Assembly: GCA_009602735.1 (NCBI GenBank)
Contig: WELA01002483.1
Span: 103,615-167,002, forward strand
Length of the DNA stretch: 63,388 nt
Direction: 5' to 3'
Origin: Mesotaenium endlicherianum
Taxonomy: Eukaryota
A program made the position numbers and the translations under genes. The notes beneath the pieces were generated by a model. The model was not told the DNA's origin. It saw only the letters and a program-made list of their open reading frames with translations, and searched no databases. Below, piece by piece: positions 11,048 through 24,181 of this stretch (the stretch's first letter is position 1; every line of letters begins with the position of its first letter).

Positions 11048-13347
11048 CCTGCACATGTAACCAGGGCACAAGTTAGTAGGATATCGACCTTTGTCATAGG
11101 GATTGCAGGAAGTATGTTAGTATTNACCTTTGTCATAGGAATTGCAGGAAGGAAGTAAGTTTGTATTAGTATGGTGGATTCGCTCCCGTTTACCTTACAG
11201 GTTGATTGCTAGGAGTTGACGTAGTTGCGGTGCGCTAGACATAAACGTATGAATGTGTTTTAAGGTGCGTTAAGTGATGTATTGCTGTGCGAGGCCCTTT
11301 TTCCTTTCGCCCAGGGTGCTTTATGTGGGCCATGCTGTCCCATCTGTCACTATGCTGACACTTAGGGTTCACATAACTGTCCCTTTCACGCCCTCGCACA
11401 CTAACTGTCATATATTTTCCCCTCCAACTTAAATGGAGACAGGACCTCCTGTCACCTTCCCGTGTCAACTGAAATGACCGTTATGGAGGGACTCNTGGAG
11501 GGGCTCCAGCCGCCCGAAGGTGGAACCGTTTCAACGCCCCTTTGGCATTGGTCATATGGTCCTTAGATTCCCAAGTGTCCCCAGAGGCATCGTTACTCTT
11601 CCATCGAATGAGGTACTTCATGACATATTTAGACGATCGACGAACCGAGCGCGCGTCTAAAATCTCCTCAACCTCATATTCCTCACGGTTACCGTCCCGG
11701 ACAGCGGGGACCGGTCCCGGTTGGACAGGTAACCGACCTGTGAACAATGTGTCCCCTTTGATATATGGTTCCAGGAAGGAGACGTTAAAGACCGGGTGAC
11801 CCTTGTATTCTGCTGACATGTTCGGTTTGTAAGCATTCTGACCGACACGGCGCACCACCAAATATGGACGGACCCAGACAGGACCAAGCTTTTTCTTGAC
11901 CACACGAGGGAGGTACAGGTGCTGAGAATGTAGTTTGACCAAATTGCCCTTAGAAAAGGTCAGTTCTCGACGGTGCTGATTAGCGTACTTTTGTTGGTTT
12001 TCTTGGTCTTTGTGCAGATTCTGTTGGACTTCCGACAGGGTGTCAGCAAACTCCTGACTTAACTGGAGGGAGATCGGATTGTCAATCCCTTCAGGGTGAG
12101 TTAAAGACTACTTTAGGACATCTAAAGGAGACTTAGGAACTCTACCCAGGCTTAGTTCAAAAGGAGTCTTGCCCGTTGACGCGTGCACCGCACTGTTGAC
12201 TGCAAACTGGATTTGAGGTAACAGGTCATCCCAATTATCTTGTTTTTGGTTAATATAGGCTCTCAGTACCTCTTGCAAAATTCGATTAGTCCTTTCAGTC
12301 TGCCATCAGTCTGAGGATGGTTTGCTGTGCTGAGCAGCTGTTTGACTCCCATTAACCCCATTAAAGCCCTCTAGAACTTAGAGGTAAATTTTGAGTCTCT
12401 GTCTGAGATTATATTAGATGGTAGCCCATGGTGGCATACTACATGGTTGTAAAACTGTCTCGCTATTTTGAGTGCAGTTACTTTGACAGTTGTGGGGATG
12501 AAAATGACCGTTTTCGTCAATTTGTCCACGACTACCAGTATCGAATCATGCCCATTGGCAGTTCGTGGCAGTGTGACCACCCAGTCCATGGATATTGTTT
12601 CCCAGCGGCCAGCTGGGATGGGCAGCGGTTGTAAGAGGCCCCCCGGTGGTGTGTGCCTAGACTTATTCTTTTGACACTGGTCACAAGACTTAACGTATTT
12701 CAAGACTTCCCGAGGTAATCCCTCCCAATGATAATGTTTTGCCAGTTTGCCAACAGTTTTGGCCTGCCCCAAATGCCCACCAAGTAAACTGTCATGTGCT
12801 TGACTCAAAAAAACGGACCTTATTTCCAAGTTATTAGAAATGACCAGCTTTAGCCCGCCTGAAGTGGTTTCAGTCACCCAGACCCCTCCCTTAAGCTTAT
12901 ACCCGAGTGCCGTAGCAGGACACACACCATCAGTGGGGCTGGGCTCAAATGTTGGGTCAGAAAGGTAGGCTTTCCTAAGTTGTTCAAGAAAGGATTTTTT
13001 CACCTTTGGTGAAGTGAGTGCACAAAGGACTTTGTCTACAGCATGCTGACTAAAGTTCCTTTCTTGCAAGTCAGGTATTCTAGAGAGTGCATCAACAGGA
13101 TTCAACTTCCCTGGTTTGTAGTCGATCTGGACTTGGAACTGCTCCAGCATCTGGCTCCAGCGGTGCTCCCTCCTTGACAGCTTGGATTTCTTCTGAAAGT
13201 GAGTCTGAGCTAGATGATATGTAATCACCTTAAAAGCTTTACCATGTAAGTATGCTCTCTACTGTTTGAGCACATGAATGATAGCTAGAAGCTCTTTATC
13301 ATGCACTGAGTAATTAATCTCCGCTGGATTAAATTTCATAGACTCGT

Positions 13348-13850
13348 TGTAGTGATTTGAGTTATTATACATTAGTTTGCATATATTTTAATGTTTTCAA
13401 ATATATTTGAAGTAGTATGGTGTGGAGTCAAGTGTGAATAGGTACTCTAGTAACTTGGTTCATGTCCTTTGAACCTTTCAAGGCATTTTCGAAGTTAGAG
13501 GAAAGACCTAGAAGAACTCCATGTGGCAAAAGTCAGATGTGCCATTTTTAGGTCAAAAGGACATGTGTACATTATTCTAGAAAGAGGTGGCAAGTTTTGG
13601 GATGTGTTGGGTGCCAACACATCAACATACACCTTCCTAGAAATTACTTATGTAGCAAGTATATAAACAAGAGCTAGAACATAGAAAGACATTCCAGAAT
13701 CACTCTTGTACTTGCCAAAATCCAGAAATATATTAACTTTCAAGAAGCCATCTCTCTTTCAAGAAGCTACCACTTGTGTTCAAAGATCCTTGTCTTGAAT
13801 AGATAAAGTATTCTGTTTTACTAAGTACTTTATCTATCTGTTTCACTACA
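13348..13850 (+). repeat. Family B copy 1 5' LTR
   Basis: TG...CA, followed by G-TGGTATCGGAGC; direct repeat of 19525-20027. Confidence 0.97.
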
Positions 13851-13887
13851 GTGGTATCGGAGCTAGGCACTTTGGTAGCACAAGAAG

Positions 13888-15168
13888 ATGGCCGATCCTC
13901 AAGACCAACAGCAAGCTTTCGAAGGAAGCCCTTCCTCTCCAAGACACCCTCCTCCAGCGCCGATGGGAGAGCCCACTCAAGAAAATCTGCAACAACAAGA
14001 AGCACCACAAGGAGGAGCACACCCTCCTCCAGCGTCGATGGGAGAGCCTACTCAAGGAAATCTGCAACAACAAGAAGCACCACAAGGAGGAGCACCGTCA
14101 AATCCCGTGGCAGCCGCTATAGCAAAGTTGACCCCACCACAAGGAGTTCCCGCAAATGAGTGGGCAGCCTTCCTAATGACCGTCCACAACCAAGTGGGCT
14201 TGGCCACCTATGAAGCAACCGTGCAAGCGTCAAGAGAAGCTATGGCTGCCATGGTTGCCCCTATTGCGAGCAATGCTCAAAATCCAGCCCCGGCTCAAGC
14301 GCCTCCACAAGAGCCAACGAGAGCAAGGAAACTCATCAAGCCCGGCAAACCCGACACTTTCAACCCCGGGAAAGGTGCCAACCTGAATTTATGGCTCTAC
14401 CAAGTGGAGACGTACCTCGCGTTCCTTGAAGTACCCGAGGAGGACTACGTTCCCTTTGCCGTTACCTTACTTAGAGGAGCAGCAACATCATGGTGGCGTA
14501 ACTATCAAGCGGCTATATATCAAGCTATGGCGCACCCCATGCTCGGCCAAGAGCCCCCACCATCATATGCAAGATGGGCAGATTTTCGTGAGGCCCTCAA
14601 GAAGCAATTCATGCCCATCAATGCGGAGAAGATTGCCCGAGGAAAGCTCCACCATCTCAAGCAAACGACGTCCGTTCAAGAGTATACATCCAGATTTCAC
14701 GCCCTCACTCTTGAGATCCCCAACATGTCTCTCGAGGAGAAGATTGACCGTTACATCTTTGGCCTCAAACCCAAGGTGGCAAAGGAAGTGGAGTTACGCG
14801 ACTTGACGGACTTCTCAAAGATCATTGAAGTGGCCCAAAAGGTGGATACCTTGGATTTCAAGCACTCCGTGCCTTCATCTTCACGGGTACCGACGACGCG
14901 GGTGTACGCAGCCCCTTCCACATCCGAATCTGGACCCACACCCATGGAAATCGGAGTTATTAAAAGGGACCCCGCGGCTGCCCGGAAGAGTGGAAGACCC
15001 TCCAATGACACTTATGATGCAAGAAACCAGCAAGGAGTGAAAGCAAGACTCTCCCCGGCTGAAAAAGAAGCTCTCATGACGGCTGGACTATGCTTCTATT
15101 GCAAGGAAAAGGGCCATCGTGCACTTTCATGCCCCAAAAAGTTGTCAAAAAACGGACAGCGCCGGTAG
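13888..15168 (+). CDS. gag: Family B Gag (426 aa)
   Basis: Retrotransposon gag motifs ([22 protein letters not shown]) and zinc knuckle [14 protein letters not shown]. Confidence 0.95.
   Translation: MADPQDQQQAFEGSPSSPRHPPPAPMGEPTQENLQQQEAPQGGAHPPPASMGEPTQGNLQQQEAPQGGAPSNPVAAAIAKLTPPQGVPANEWAAFLMTVHNQVGLATYEATVQASREAMAAMVAPIASNAQNPAPAQAPPQEPTRARKLIKPGKPDTFNPGKGANLNLWLYQVETYLAFLEVPEEDYVPFAVTLLRGAATSWWRNYQAAIYQAMAHPMLGQEPPPSYARWADFREALKKQFMPINAEKIARGKLHHLKQTTSVQEYTSRFHALTLEIPNMSLEEKIDRYIFGLKPKVAKEVELRDLTDFSKIIEVAQKVDTLDFKHSVPSSSRVPTTRVYAAPSTSESGPTPMEIGVIKRDPAAARKSGRPSNDTYDARNQQGVKARLSPAEKEALMTAGLCFYCKEKGHRALSCPKKLSKNGQRR
13945..14094 (+). repeat. 75-bp in-frame tandem duplication in family B gag ([23 protein letters not shown] x2)
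   Basis: Visible in DNA and protein; present in all three B copies. Confidence 0.9.
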
Positions 15169-18100
15169 GCCAGGAGCCTACCACCCCAAGACCCACTTCA
15201 CGAGAAGGCAACACGCCAAGTGAGGTGGAGACCCCCGTTGAAGACGACGTTCCAGCCCCAATGAGTTTGAGAGGTTACCTTGGAGGAGAGAAGGTCCACA
15301 TCTTGGTGGATAGCGGAGCTCAAGGCAACTTCATTGCTGCAGATTTTGCCACCAAGCACGGTATTACTATGCGAACTCTTGACCACGACGAGGAGATTAT
15401 GATGCCCGATGGATTCTCCTATACTACCCCTTCCAAGAAGACGTACCCCTTGGCACTCTCTATCAAGTCCTTCAAGGATAGAGTAGTGTTCTCCCCCATG
15501 CAATTGGGCAAGTACGACGTCATCCTAGGGACGCCTTGGTTGACCAAGCACAACCCCCAAGTTGATTGGAGGACCGGTACTATCAAGATCAAGAATGACA
15601 TCACTTCAAGAATCTGTATTTTGCGCGCAATCCAGAATATCCAGACCCAAGACATCCAGAAGCCGGCACACGAGATACTATTGTCCGCCCTCCAACTCAA
15701 GAGACTTGTGAGGAAGGGACACGAGCTTCTTTTGGCCTTGATCACGCCAAAAGACATCAAGAAAGACATCGAGAGTCAAGAAGGCAGCCCCGTTCCCAAG
15801 GAGATACAAGAAGTCTTTGAGGACTACAAAGAAGTGTTCTCCCCGGAATTGCCCAAGGGCCTACCCCCCAAAAGATTCGTAGACCACAAGATAGAGTTGG
15901 AGCCCGGAAGCAAGCCCATCTCTCGGCCTACGTTCAAAATGTCATACACGGAGCTAGACGAAGTCAAGAAGCAAATCAAGGAGCTACTGGAGCATGGCTT
16001 CATTCGACCTAGCAAGTCGCCATTTGGAGCCCCGGTGCTATTTGTCAAGAAGAAAGATGGTACCTTGAGGATGTGTGTGGACTATCGCGCCCTCAACAAG
16101 ATCACCATCAAGAATCGATACCCGCTGCCGCGCATGGATGAGCTCATGGACCGGCTGGTTGGAGCCAAGTACTTCACGAAGATTGACTTACGGAGCGGCT
16201 ACCACCAGATTCGCATCGCAGAACCGGACATAGAGAAGACGGCATTCAGGACAAGATATGGACATTTTGAGTTCATGGTCCTGCCATTTGGACTCACCAA
16301 CGCGCCAGCAACTTTCATGACTATGATGAACACCATATTTCAGCCCATGTTGGACAGATTTGTGGTGGTATTCATCGATGACATCCTTATCTACAGCAAG
16401 ACCCTTGAAGAGCATGCGAGACACTTGAAAGAAGTCCTTGAAGTATTGAAGCAAAACAAGCTGTTTGCGAAGGAGTCAAAATGCGAGTTTGCCAAACAAG
16501 AAGTGGAGTTCCTAGGTCTCCACGTGACTGCTGATGGCATCAAGATAGACCCCAAGAAGACCACGGTGGTGGAGGAATGGCCAACCCCCACGACCAAGAA
16601 AGAACTCCAGTCATTCTTGGGATTTGCCAATTGGTACAGAAAATTCATCCAAGGCTTCTCGCACATAGCAGCCCCCCTGACAGATCTACTCAAGAAGGAC
16701 AGGCTATATACATGGACCGAGAAAGAGGAAGAGGCATTTCAAGAGTTAAAGCGAAGATTGACCACATCCCCGGTGCTCACACTCCCAAGTCCAAACCCAG
16801 ATTGGCCCTTCCACGTCATCACCGATGCATCTTCCTATGCAATAGGAGCAATCCTGCTTCAAGACCAAGGCAAGGGACTGCAGCCCATCGCCTACGAGTC
16901 AAGGAAGCTAAATCCAGCCGAGCAAAATTATACAACCACGGAGCGAGAGGCATTGGCGATTGTACATGCCTTGAAGGTTTGGCGCTGCTACGTTGAAGGA
17001 CGCAAAGTACTGGTCACCACGGACCACGAGGCGTTAAAGCACCTCCAGACGCAGCCGTATCTCTCAAGGAGACAAGCAAGATGGAGCGGATACTTGCAAC
17101 AATACAACATCACGATTCAGTACCAGCCCGGCAAGACAAACCCGGCTGACCCCCTCTCAAGACTGCAATTAAATGCAGTGATGGTATCCCTGAAGACAGA
17201 TCTGGAAGCTCGATTTTCAGCCGCCTATGAAAGAGACCCTTACTACAAGAACGGAGAAGCAGCCTTGGACCCATGCAAGAAGCAAGAAGGCAATTATTGG
17301 GTGAGGCAAGATACGGGCCAGAGATGTGTTCCTAATGACTTAGACCTCCGGCTCTTGCTTCTACGAGAAGCACACGACAACCCTCTTGGAGGACACTTTG
17401 GAATCCTAAGGACCACGGGCGTTCTAGCTAGGACTTATTGTTGGCCAGGCATGTCTAAGCAAGTCAAGGAGTACTGCAGGAGCTGTGACACATGCCAAAG
17501 AATCAAGCCATCATCGCAAAAGGCGGGAGGACTCCTCCAACCACTACCAATCCCCGAAAGACAATGGACGGACATCTCAATGGACCTTATCGTGGACTTG
17601 CCCGTGACACCTCGAGGCCATAATGCAATACTCACGGTGGTGGACAGACTTACCAAGATGGCTCATTTTATTCCCACGACGACTAAGGCTACAGCACCAC
17701 AACTTGCAAGACTCATCTTTGACAACATCTTCCGACTCCATGGACTACCATCAAGAATTGTGTCAGATAGAGATCCAAGATTCACAAGCCATTTCTGGAA
17801 AAATCTCTTCAAGAACTTGGGTACATCGCTGGATATGTCTACTGCCTACCACCCACAATCAGATGGGCAAACCGAGCGTATGAATCGTACCCTAAAGACC
17901 TCTCTAAAGGCCTACGTGTCTACCCTCGAGCAAGACTGGGACATGTACTTGACCCCCCTCGAGTTTGCCTACAACAACACTACGCAGGCCTCTACCCAAG
18001 AGTCCCCATTCTTCCTCAACTATGGCTTCCATCCGACCACGCCACTGAGCTTCACGGCTGGCCATGATGAAGTACCTGCAGCCACAGATTTTATGGAGAC

Positions 18101-18755
18101 ATTAGAAGCAGCCCTTACAGCAGCGAAGAAAGCTCTACAACACGCGCAAGATGCTCAAGCAAGAGTGGCGAACAGATCCAGAAGAGAAATTACGTACAGA
18201 GTGGGTGACAACGTGTTACTATCATCCAAGAACATTTCCCTGAACAACAGGCCTGCCGGCAGCAAGTTCTCTCCCAAGTATTTGGGACCCTTCAAGATTA
18301 TCCAGCAAGTCAACCCCGTTGCTTTCAAGCTAGAACTTCCCCAGACTATGCACATCGACCCCGTATTCCACGCTTCCCTCTTCAAGCCATATGTGCAACC
18401 CGACAACAAGTTCCCAGGACGTGTGACAACCCCACCAGCCCCAACAATAGTGGATGATCATTTGGAGTACGAAGTGGAAGACATAGTGGCTATGAGAAAT
18501 TTCAGGAGACAGCAGCAATACTTGATCAAGTGGAAAGGATATCCAGATTCGGAGAATAGTTGGGTGGCGGCGCACTACCTTGACAAAGTTCAGAGAAAGT
18601 TGAAGCGCTTCCATGCCGCCAACCCCCATCTTGGACCAGCCCCAAGTCTCTCTACTAGAAGCCCGAAGACTTCAGGGAGGCAGCCTGCCACCATCAAGAA
18701 GCAGCAGAAGACCCCTTGGAGGCAGCCTGCAAGAACAAGAAAGAGGAAAAATTGA
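15090..18755 (+). CDS. pol: Family B Pol (PR-RT-RNaseH-IN-chromodomain), likely expressed by -1 frameshift at 15147-15153
   Basis: [30 protein letters not shown]...E, GPF, chromodomain [23 protein letters not shown]. Overlaps gag in the -1 frame. Confidence 0.97.
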   Translation: MLLLQGKGPSCTFMPQKVVKKRTAPVGQEPTTPRPTSREGNTPSEVETPVEDDVPAPMSLRGYLGGEKVHILVDSGAQGNFIAADFATKHGITMRTLDHDEEIMMPDGFSYTTPSKKTYPLALSIKSFKDRVVFSPMQLGKYDVILGTPWLTKHNPQVDWRTGTIKIKNDITSRICILRAIQNIQTQDIQKPAHEILLSALQLKRLVRKGHELLLALITPKDIKKDIESQEGSPVPKEIQEVFEDYKEVFSPELPKGLPPKRFVDHKIELEPGSKPISRPTFKMSYTELDEVKKQIKELLEHGFIRPSKSPFGAPVLFVKKKDGTLRMCVDYRALNKITIKNRYPLPRMDELMDRLVGAKYFTKIDLRSGYHQIRIAEPDIEKTAFRTRYGHFEFMVLPFGLTNAPATFMTMMNTIFQPMLDRFVVVFIDDILIYSKTLEEHARHLKEVLEVLKQNKLFAKESKCEFAKQEVEFLGLHVTADGIKIDPKKTTVVEEWPTPTTKKELQSFLGFANWYRKFIQGFSHIAAPLTDLLKKDRLYTWTEKEEEAFQELKRRLTTSPVLTLPSPNPDWPFHVITDASSYAIGAILLQDQGKGLQPIAYESRKLNPAEQNYTTTEREALAIVHALKVWRCYVEGRKVLVTTDHEALKHLQTQPYLSRRQARWSGYLQQYNITIQYQPGKTNPADPLSRLQLNAVMVSLKTDLEARFSAAYERDPYYKNGEAALDPCKKQEGNYWVRQDTGQRCVPNDLDLRLLLLREAHDNPLGGHFGILRTTGVLARTYCWPGMSKQVKEYCRSCDTCQRIKPSSQKAGGLLQPLPIPERQWTDISMDLIVDLPVTPRGHNAILTVVDRLTKMAHFIPTTTKATAPQLARLIFDNIFRLHGLPSRIVSDRDPRFTSHFWKNLFKNLGTSLDMSTAYHPQSDGQTERMNRTLKTSLKAYVSTLEQDWDMYLTPLEFAYNNTTQASTQESPFFLNYGFHPTTPLSFTAGHDEVPAATDFMETLEAALTAAKKALQHAQDAQARVANRSRREITYRVGDNVLLSSKNISLNNRPAGSKFSPKYLGPFKIIQQVNPVAFKLELPQTMHIDPVFHASLFKPYVQPDNKFPGRVTTPPAPTIVDDHLEYEVEDIVAMRNFRRQQQYLIKWKGYPDSENSWVAAHYLDKVQRKLKRFHAANPHLGPAPSLSTRSPKTSGRQPATIKKQQKTPWRQPARTRKRKN

Positions 18756-19380
18756 CATTAGACACTCTTCTCTTCTCGCAGTTTCTGGACAGAAAACTAA
18801 AACTGCTACTGGTAATAGGTCTCTGCATAATAAATTCTGAAAATTTACCTGGCTGTAGTCCATGAGTAGCCGGTCATTTAGAGTCCAAGTTTGCTCAATT
18901 TGGAGCACTGGTGAGAGAGATATGATGCTCTAAGTAGAAGGGGGTCAGGCTGCTGGCATTGTTAGGACAGAATATGCCTTCTGACATTGTGCCTTCCCCT
19001 GAACTTGGAATGCTCTGAAACTCAAGACTCTGGTAGAACATCTTACAGCGCCCAGTTTGAGACTTAGTTTGCAGAATTTGGAGAAGTATAGAAGGACTTA
19101 TGATTTTCAGAAGTTTCTGCACAGATTTGGAGGAGTGCCTACTCTCTCAGCTCTCAACGACACTCCAGAAATGAGAATGCTCTCAAATTTGGTGACCCGG
19201 TAGAGTTCTCCGACGCGGTCCGTCTGGCACTCGAATTTTCAGATTTGGAGCAGTTCTGTGGCCGCTATGAATTTTTGAATTCGTGGCAGATTCTGGGCCA
19301 ACTTGTACAATTTTCTTTATCATTAAGGAGTAGGCTAGCCAATAAGGTCACACCACCTACGACCTTGCCTAGTCTACCTT

Positions 19381-19495
19381 ACATGTGTAGCACCTGACTT
19401 GGCGCCTTTGACTAGTCCTCTTCACATGTGTGGCATCTGACTTGAAACTGTTGACTAGTTTGCTCCACATGTGTAAGACCTGACTTGACGCGCCG
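19381..19495 (+). repeat. ~3 degenerate 43-bp tandem repeats (ACATGTGT..CTGACTTG..ACTAGT) in family B 3' UTR
   Basis: Units start at 19381, 19424, 19467; present in the other B copies. Confidence 0.8.
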
Positions 19496-19524
19496 AGACG
19501 TCGCTTTTTCTATCGGGGGGGTGA

Positions 19525-20027
19525 TGTAGTGATTTGAGTTATTATATATTAGTTTGCATATATTTTAATGTTTTCAAATATATTTGGAGTAGTATTGTGT
19601 GGAGTCAAGTGTGAATAGGTACTCTAGTAACTTGGTTCATGTCCTTTGAACCTTCCAAGGCATTTTCGAAGTTAGAGGAAAGACCTAGAAGAACTCCATG
19701 TGGCAAAAGTCAAATGTGCCATTTTTAGGTCAAAAGGACATGTGTACATTATTCTAGAAAGAGGTGGCAAGTTTTGGGATGTGTTGGGTGCCAACACATC
19801 AACATACACCTTCCTAGAAATTACTTATGTAGCAAGTATATAAACAAGAGCTAGAACATAGAAAGACATTCCAGAATCACTCTTGTACTTGCCAAAATCC
19901 AGAAATATATTAACTTTCAAGAAGCCATCTCTCTTTCAAGAAGCTCCCACTTGTGTTCAAAGATCCTTGTCTTGAATAGATAAAGTATTCTGTTTTACTA
20001 AGTACTTTATCTATCTGTTTCACTACA
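19525..20027 (+). repeat. Family B copy 1 3' LTR
   Basis: Follows PPT GGGGGGGTGA; ends CACTACA then TSD. Confidence 0.97.
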
Positions 20028-21953
20028 CTCGTACAACACAGGATGCCACTCCTGCCGTACCTTACCATCCTTTGTGGTTTTGTGAGCAGGCTGCACCAAA
20101 ATAGCACCCATGGCAAAGTCAGAGGCATCAGTGACCACCTGCACCGGTTTGCTGGGGTCACACACGGCTAGCACTGGGGAAAAACAAAGAGCATCTTTAA
20201 GGGTCTGGAAGGCAGCGTGCTGCTCTTCCCCCCACACATACCCTATGTCTTTCTTAGTAAGGTCAGTCAGTTTACTGGGCTTTGTACAATAATTCTCAAT
20301 AAATCTTCTATAGTAGTTAGCCAACCCGAGGAAGGATCTAACTTCAGAGAGAGGCTGTGGTACTGGCCAGTCCCTTATGGTCTGAACTTTCTTAGAACCA
20401 CACTGATGCCTTCTTTACTGACAACGTGGCCTACGAATTCAATACTTTCCTTAAAGAAATCATACTTGCTCATTTTAGCATATAAGTGATTTCCTCTCAG
20501 AGTGTCCTTGACTGTCTTTAAGTGTTCAACGTGCTGAGCTTCATCTTTAGAGAAAATTAAAATATCATCCAGGAAAACTTGCACAAACTTATCCAACTAA
20601 GGTCTGAAAATGTCATTCATAGCATCCATGAAGGTCGCAGGAGCATTAGTCAGTTCAAATGGCATCACGTTGAACTCATAGTGTCCATAACGTGTGCGGA
20701 AGGCAGTCTTGTGTTCATCCCCCCCAGCAATTCTGATTTGATGATAACCACTCTCGAGATCTATCTCACTGAAGACCTTAGCACCAGACAGGGTATCAAG
20801 CAAGTCCTCAATTTTGGGTAAAGCATACTTGTTCTTTACTGTAATTCTGTTCAGAGCTCTGTAATCCACACACATGTGCATACTGCCATCCTTTTAACTA
20901 ACAAATAGGATGGGTGCGCCGTAAGGTGATTAACTGGGAGATATATAACCATTTTCCTCAAGCTCTGCAATCAGTGTTTTCAACTCCTCGCTCTCCACAT
21001 AAGACAAGCCATAAGTGCGTTGCCAGGGTGGTTGACTGCCAGGTAATAAATCAATCCTATGATCTACTTCCCTCTTAGGGGGTAGTCCTGGAGGCATATT
21101 AAATACATCCGTGCACTGAGCAACAATTTTTGCAGCAGTAGGGTGCTCCGGGGGGCTTACCTTTTTCTCCACCACTTCTTCAGGCTGAGGAGGTACCTCT
21201 CTTAGCAGCAGACAGAACATTGTGTCTTCCTTCTGGTTCCAGCTGTTGACGAACTCCATTGCATTCAGCAACTTGCATCCTTCTGGAAGCCTCTCATTTT
21301 CCTTCATTTGCCATCCACACAGGACAAGAGGAAGAGCATTGGTGGGTGCCAAGTGAGTCTGCCCATCACTGGCTCCTCTCACTTTAAGTGTACCTCTGCT
21401 CCAACACACTTCAGCTCAATATCTGTTAAGCCAGGACCTGCCTAGCACGAGATCATAAAGCCAGTGTTGAGTACCTCAAATGTAAGCGTTTCAATTAGAA
21501 CTGCAATGCCAGAACCTAACTGGACCTCAAGAGGCTTGGTTATAACTCCTCCCGGGATACTTGAGGCATCTCCAAGGAAAATTTTTCTATTCCCTTGGGT
21601 GACAGTAGGCAGCCTTAGCCGCTTAACTAAGTCCTTATGGATAAAAGTATGTGATGCCCCTCCGTCAACAAATGCCCTCACCTTCCTACCTACAATCATG
21701 CAATGCAGTGGGATAGGGGGAACTGTCTTTTCCTGACTTTTGCATTGTTCACTGACTTAGCAAAGTTGGACATCAGGTGGAACAAGAGCATCCAGAGTGT
21801 GCACTCTCTGGAGGTCTATATTGCTGATGGTCTCCTTTATCTGGTTGTCAGGCATGCATAGTGAATCCAGTTCAGCGAGACCCATAATACTTGCTACGAG
21901 GGCAGCTAGTGACGACTCACTATCTCTAGCATCCTCACAGTCAGTAGACTGGA

Positions 21954-23431
21954 TTACTGACCGTTGTTGTTTTATAAAGGCTGGTCTTTTCTCTCGACCT
22001 TCGGAAGGTGCTTGACTGGACACTGTTCTCTGTAGTGGCCCAACTGCTGACAATGGTAGCAAGTGGATTTTGATGAGGCTGGTATCGGCTTAGTCCTACC
22101 ACCACCTCTTCCTTAGCCGCCTCGAGAGAAAGCACCTCTACCTCTAGACTATATAGCATTATACTCATACTCATATTCATCACCCTGATCATCCTCAGCT
22201 TGGTCTCCTTCAATTGCATTGTAGGCACCGTGGGGCTTATTGACCATCTTGGACACCCAAGCATTACTCTGGCGCTTGTGATTGAACTGCTGCTGATCCC
22301 AGGCATCAGCGTCCTGGATCAAGTCAGCCAGTTTCTCATACTTCTTCTCAGCAAAATGACCAGAGACTTCGGATTTCAAGCCATACCTGAAGTATGCTAT
22401 CCTATACCGTTCTGGCAAGTCTGGCTATTTCATCATGTTCTCCTGGAACTTTTGAGCAAACTTAGCAACTGAAGTGGTCTGCTTCAGTGTCAGGGAGATC
22501 ATTGCATAGATAGCTTTCTCCTGCTGGTTGATGACATCAAACTTCTCATGCAACTTCTCGACAAACTCTTCCCACGTAGGGTCACCGAGTTGCTAAGCCT
22601 TACGCTCTCCTTTCCAGTATAGCCACCAGTCTGCGGCACTGCCTTTTAGTAGCGCTCCGGTGTGCCTGACCTTCTCGTAATCTTGCAGTTCTGGGTAGTT
22701 CTCCAGCCACTGCTCAACATCCGCGAGAAACTTGATCAGGTAATATTTTTTGTTTCCCTCAGGATCATAGTCCTGGGGAGGTTTTGGCTTGGGCTTACTA
22801 GGCCCTCTGCCACCACCACCAGTGGTTTGAGACCCCAGTTGGTCTCTGTCCCGCAGTAGAGGCATTATGATTCTTTTGTCCTCTTGTTGGGACTAATACA
22901 TGGTCGCCATTTGCGACTGCATTTGAACGAACAATGCTCCCAAGTCTACACTCTGCGGTGGAAGTGTAGCAAATACAGCAGCAGTAGTGGCTTCTACTCG
23001 CTGAGTAGTGTCCTCAACAGTCCCTCTCGCTCCTGAGCAGCAATTCCTGCCGCATTCAGCCGGTCACGTATTTGACCTAGGGGTACATTGAGTTGTACAG
23101 CAGGAGGTGGGTTTTGTACATTGGCCCTTGATGCCATAAGTTTTTCAAGAGTGCGCTCGTCAGCTGGCTGTTCTTCCCTCCTTTCTGTATCTTCAGCGGC
23201 CTTTGCTCATTGTTCAGCTTCTAATGTGGCTCTCTCCTCCTCAGCTTGCTGTGCTGTGACTAGGGCAATAGCAGCAACCTCGTGTGCAGCCTCTCTAGCT
23301 GCAGTATCTGCCACTGCTTCAGAATAGGTACAGGTTCCCGCTACATGGCTTTCCGCCTGGTTCTGGACATTCTCGTTATCCTGGTTCTCCATGTCTCGGG
23401 AGTTTCTAGTTTGAGGCCTTGTCCTTACCAT
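21954..23431 (-). pseudogene. gag: Family A copy 2 gag, multiple stops/frameshift
   Basis: ORF pieces 23207-23431, 22593-22865, 22149-22418 match copy 1 gag. Confidence 0.9.
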
Positions 23432-23465
23432 ACAAAGAAGACTGTGATAACTGCTCCGATACCAC

Positions 23466-24181
23466 TGAAATGAATCGACTTACCAAATAGGCAATTAGCA
23501 ATTAATGAAGAACTTTATATCAGCAAGTAATCTTTATGGTATTTTTTGTTGATTGATTGAACAACAAAAGACAACACACTAGCAGCGAATAATAGTCGTA
23601 AGTCAAATGCAAGTAAAGTAGCATCAATAATGCAATCAGTAAACTCATACATAAGCAAGATTAGAAGTCAGTGCGTATCAATAGCTTCTCGCCTTGCATT
23701 CAGATCTCTCTCAGTAAGTTGTACAGAGAGTTGGCCTCGTTTCCGAATGCCGATCTTGAGAGCAATGCCTAGCATATGTACAAGGAATGAGTTTACTGTT
23801 CAACGGTCAGTGCGATGGCACCGCCTACCCGGGAGTTAACCACGTTGGTAGGACCTCGGTTAACCAAATCCACCGCCATCTCCCATCATCCCGAATCGCC
23901 ATCCATCATAGGGATGTCATCTGGCCATTCATCCAGCATACCACACTTAGATGCATATCGAGGCAGTTTGCTGCTACCAAGTACGAAAGTCAGCTGCCTG
24001 TCAAAGAATGTGTCAGCAAGTTGACTTAAGTTGTCTTCAGCCTGCTGCTTCCGACTGAGTCCTTTAACTGATAATTATAAAGTCCAGCAGACTCAATACT
24101 ACATATAGTTCAGTAGGCTGAACTTAATTAAGTATTATATTTAAATGAATATTATATCTACTAATATACTGATTTATTACA
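23466..24181 (-). repeat. Family A copy 2 5' LTR
   Basis: Homologous to 7508-8226; adjacent PBS 23453-23464. Confidence 0.95.

Larger units (their letters stand above)
13348..20027 (+). mobile_element. Intact Ty3/Gypsy chromovirus, family B copy 1 (6680 bp)
   Basis: 503-bp LTRs TGTAGTG...CACTACA, TSD CTCGT (13343-13347, 20028-20032), PBS 13852-13863, PPT 19515-19524, open gag and pol. Confidence 0.98.
11481..21980 (-). pseudogene. pol: Family A copy 2 pol, disrupted; split by family B insertion 13348-20027
   Basis: ORFs 21757-22062, 21442-21699, 20930-21409, 20597-20881, 20375-20596, 20007-20324, 12371-13228 and 11481-11942 match copy 1 pol. Confidence 0.93.
9631..24181 (-). mobile_element. 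Family A copy 2 (3'-truncated at 9630; interrupted by family B copy 1)
   Basis: Colinear with copy 1: LTR 23466-24181, PBS, gag, pol, extra ORF. Confidence 0.93.

Noticed and set aside
9947..11071. Calling the family A extra ORF an envelope gene
   Set aside because: Position fits, but no signal peptide or hydrophobic transmembrane stretch is visible.
11088..11150. Apparent tandem duplication ACCTTTGTCATAGG.ATTGCAGGAAG around an 'n' at 11125
   Set aside because: Overlap on either side of a single N indicates a contig join rather than biology. It also means family A copy 2 could be a mosaic of copies.
11484..11510. Short duplication TGGAGGG.. around an 'n' at 11495 at the pol end
   Set aside because: Same assembly-join signature.
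13601..13835. Hairpins in family B LTR (GATGTGTTGG..CCAACACATC; AGATAAAGTA..TACTTTATCT)
   Set aside because: Real inverted repeats but ordinary for LTR R/U5 regions; no support for an independent ncRNA.
13733..19122. Numerous antisense and alternate-frame ORFs recurring in all three family B copies
   Set aside because: They recur only because the copies are near-identical; no motifs.
19381..19495. Regularly spaced repeats resembling a CRISPR array
   Set aside because: Degenerate tandem units without unique spacers, inside a eukaryotic retrotransposon, with no cas genes.
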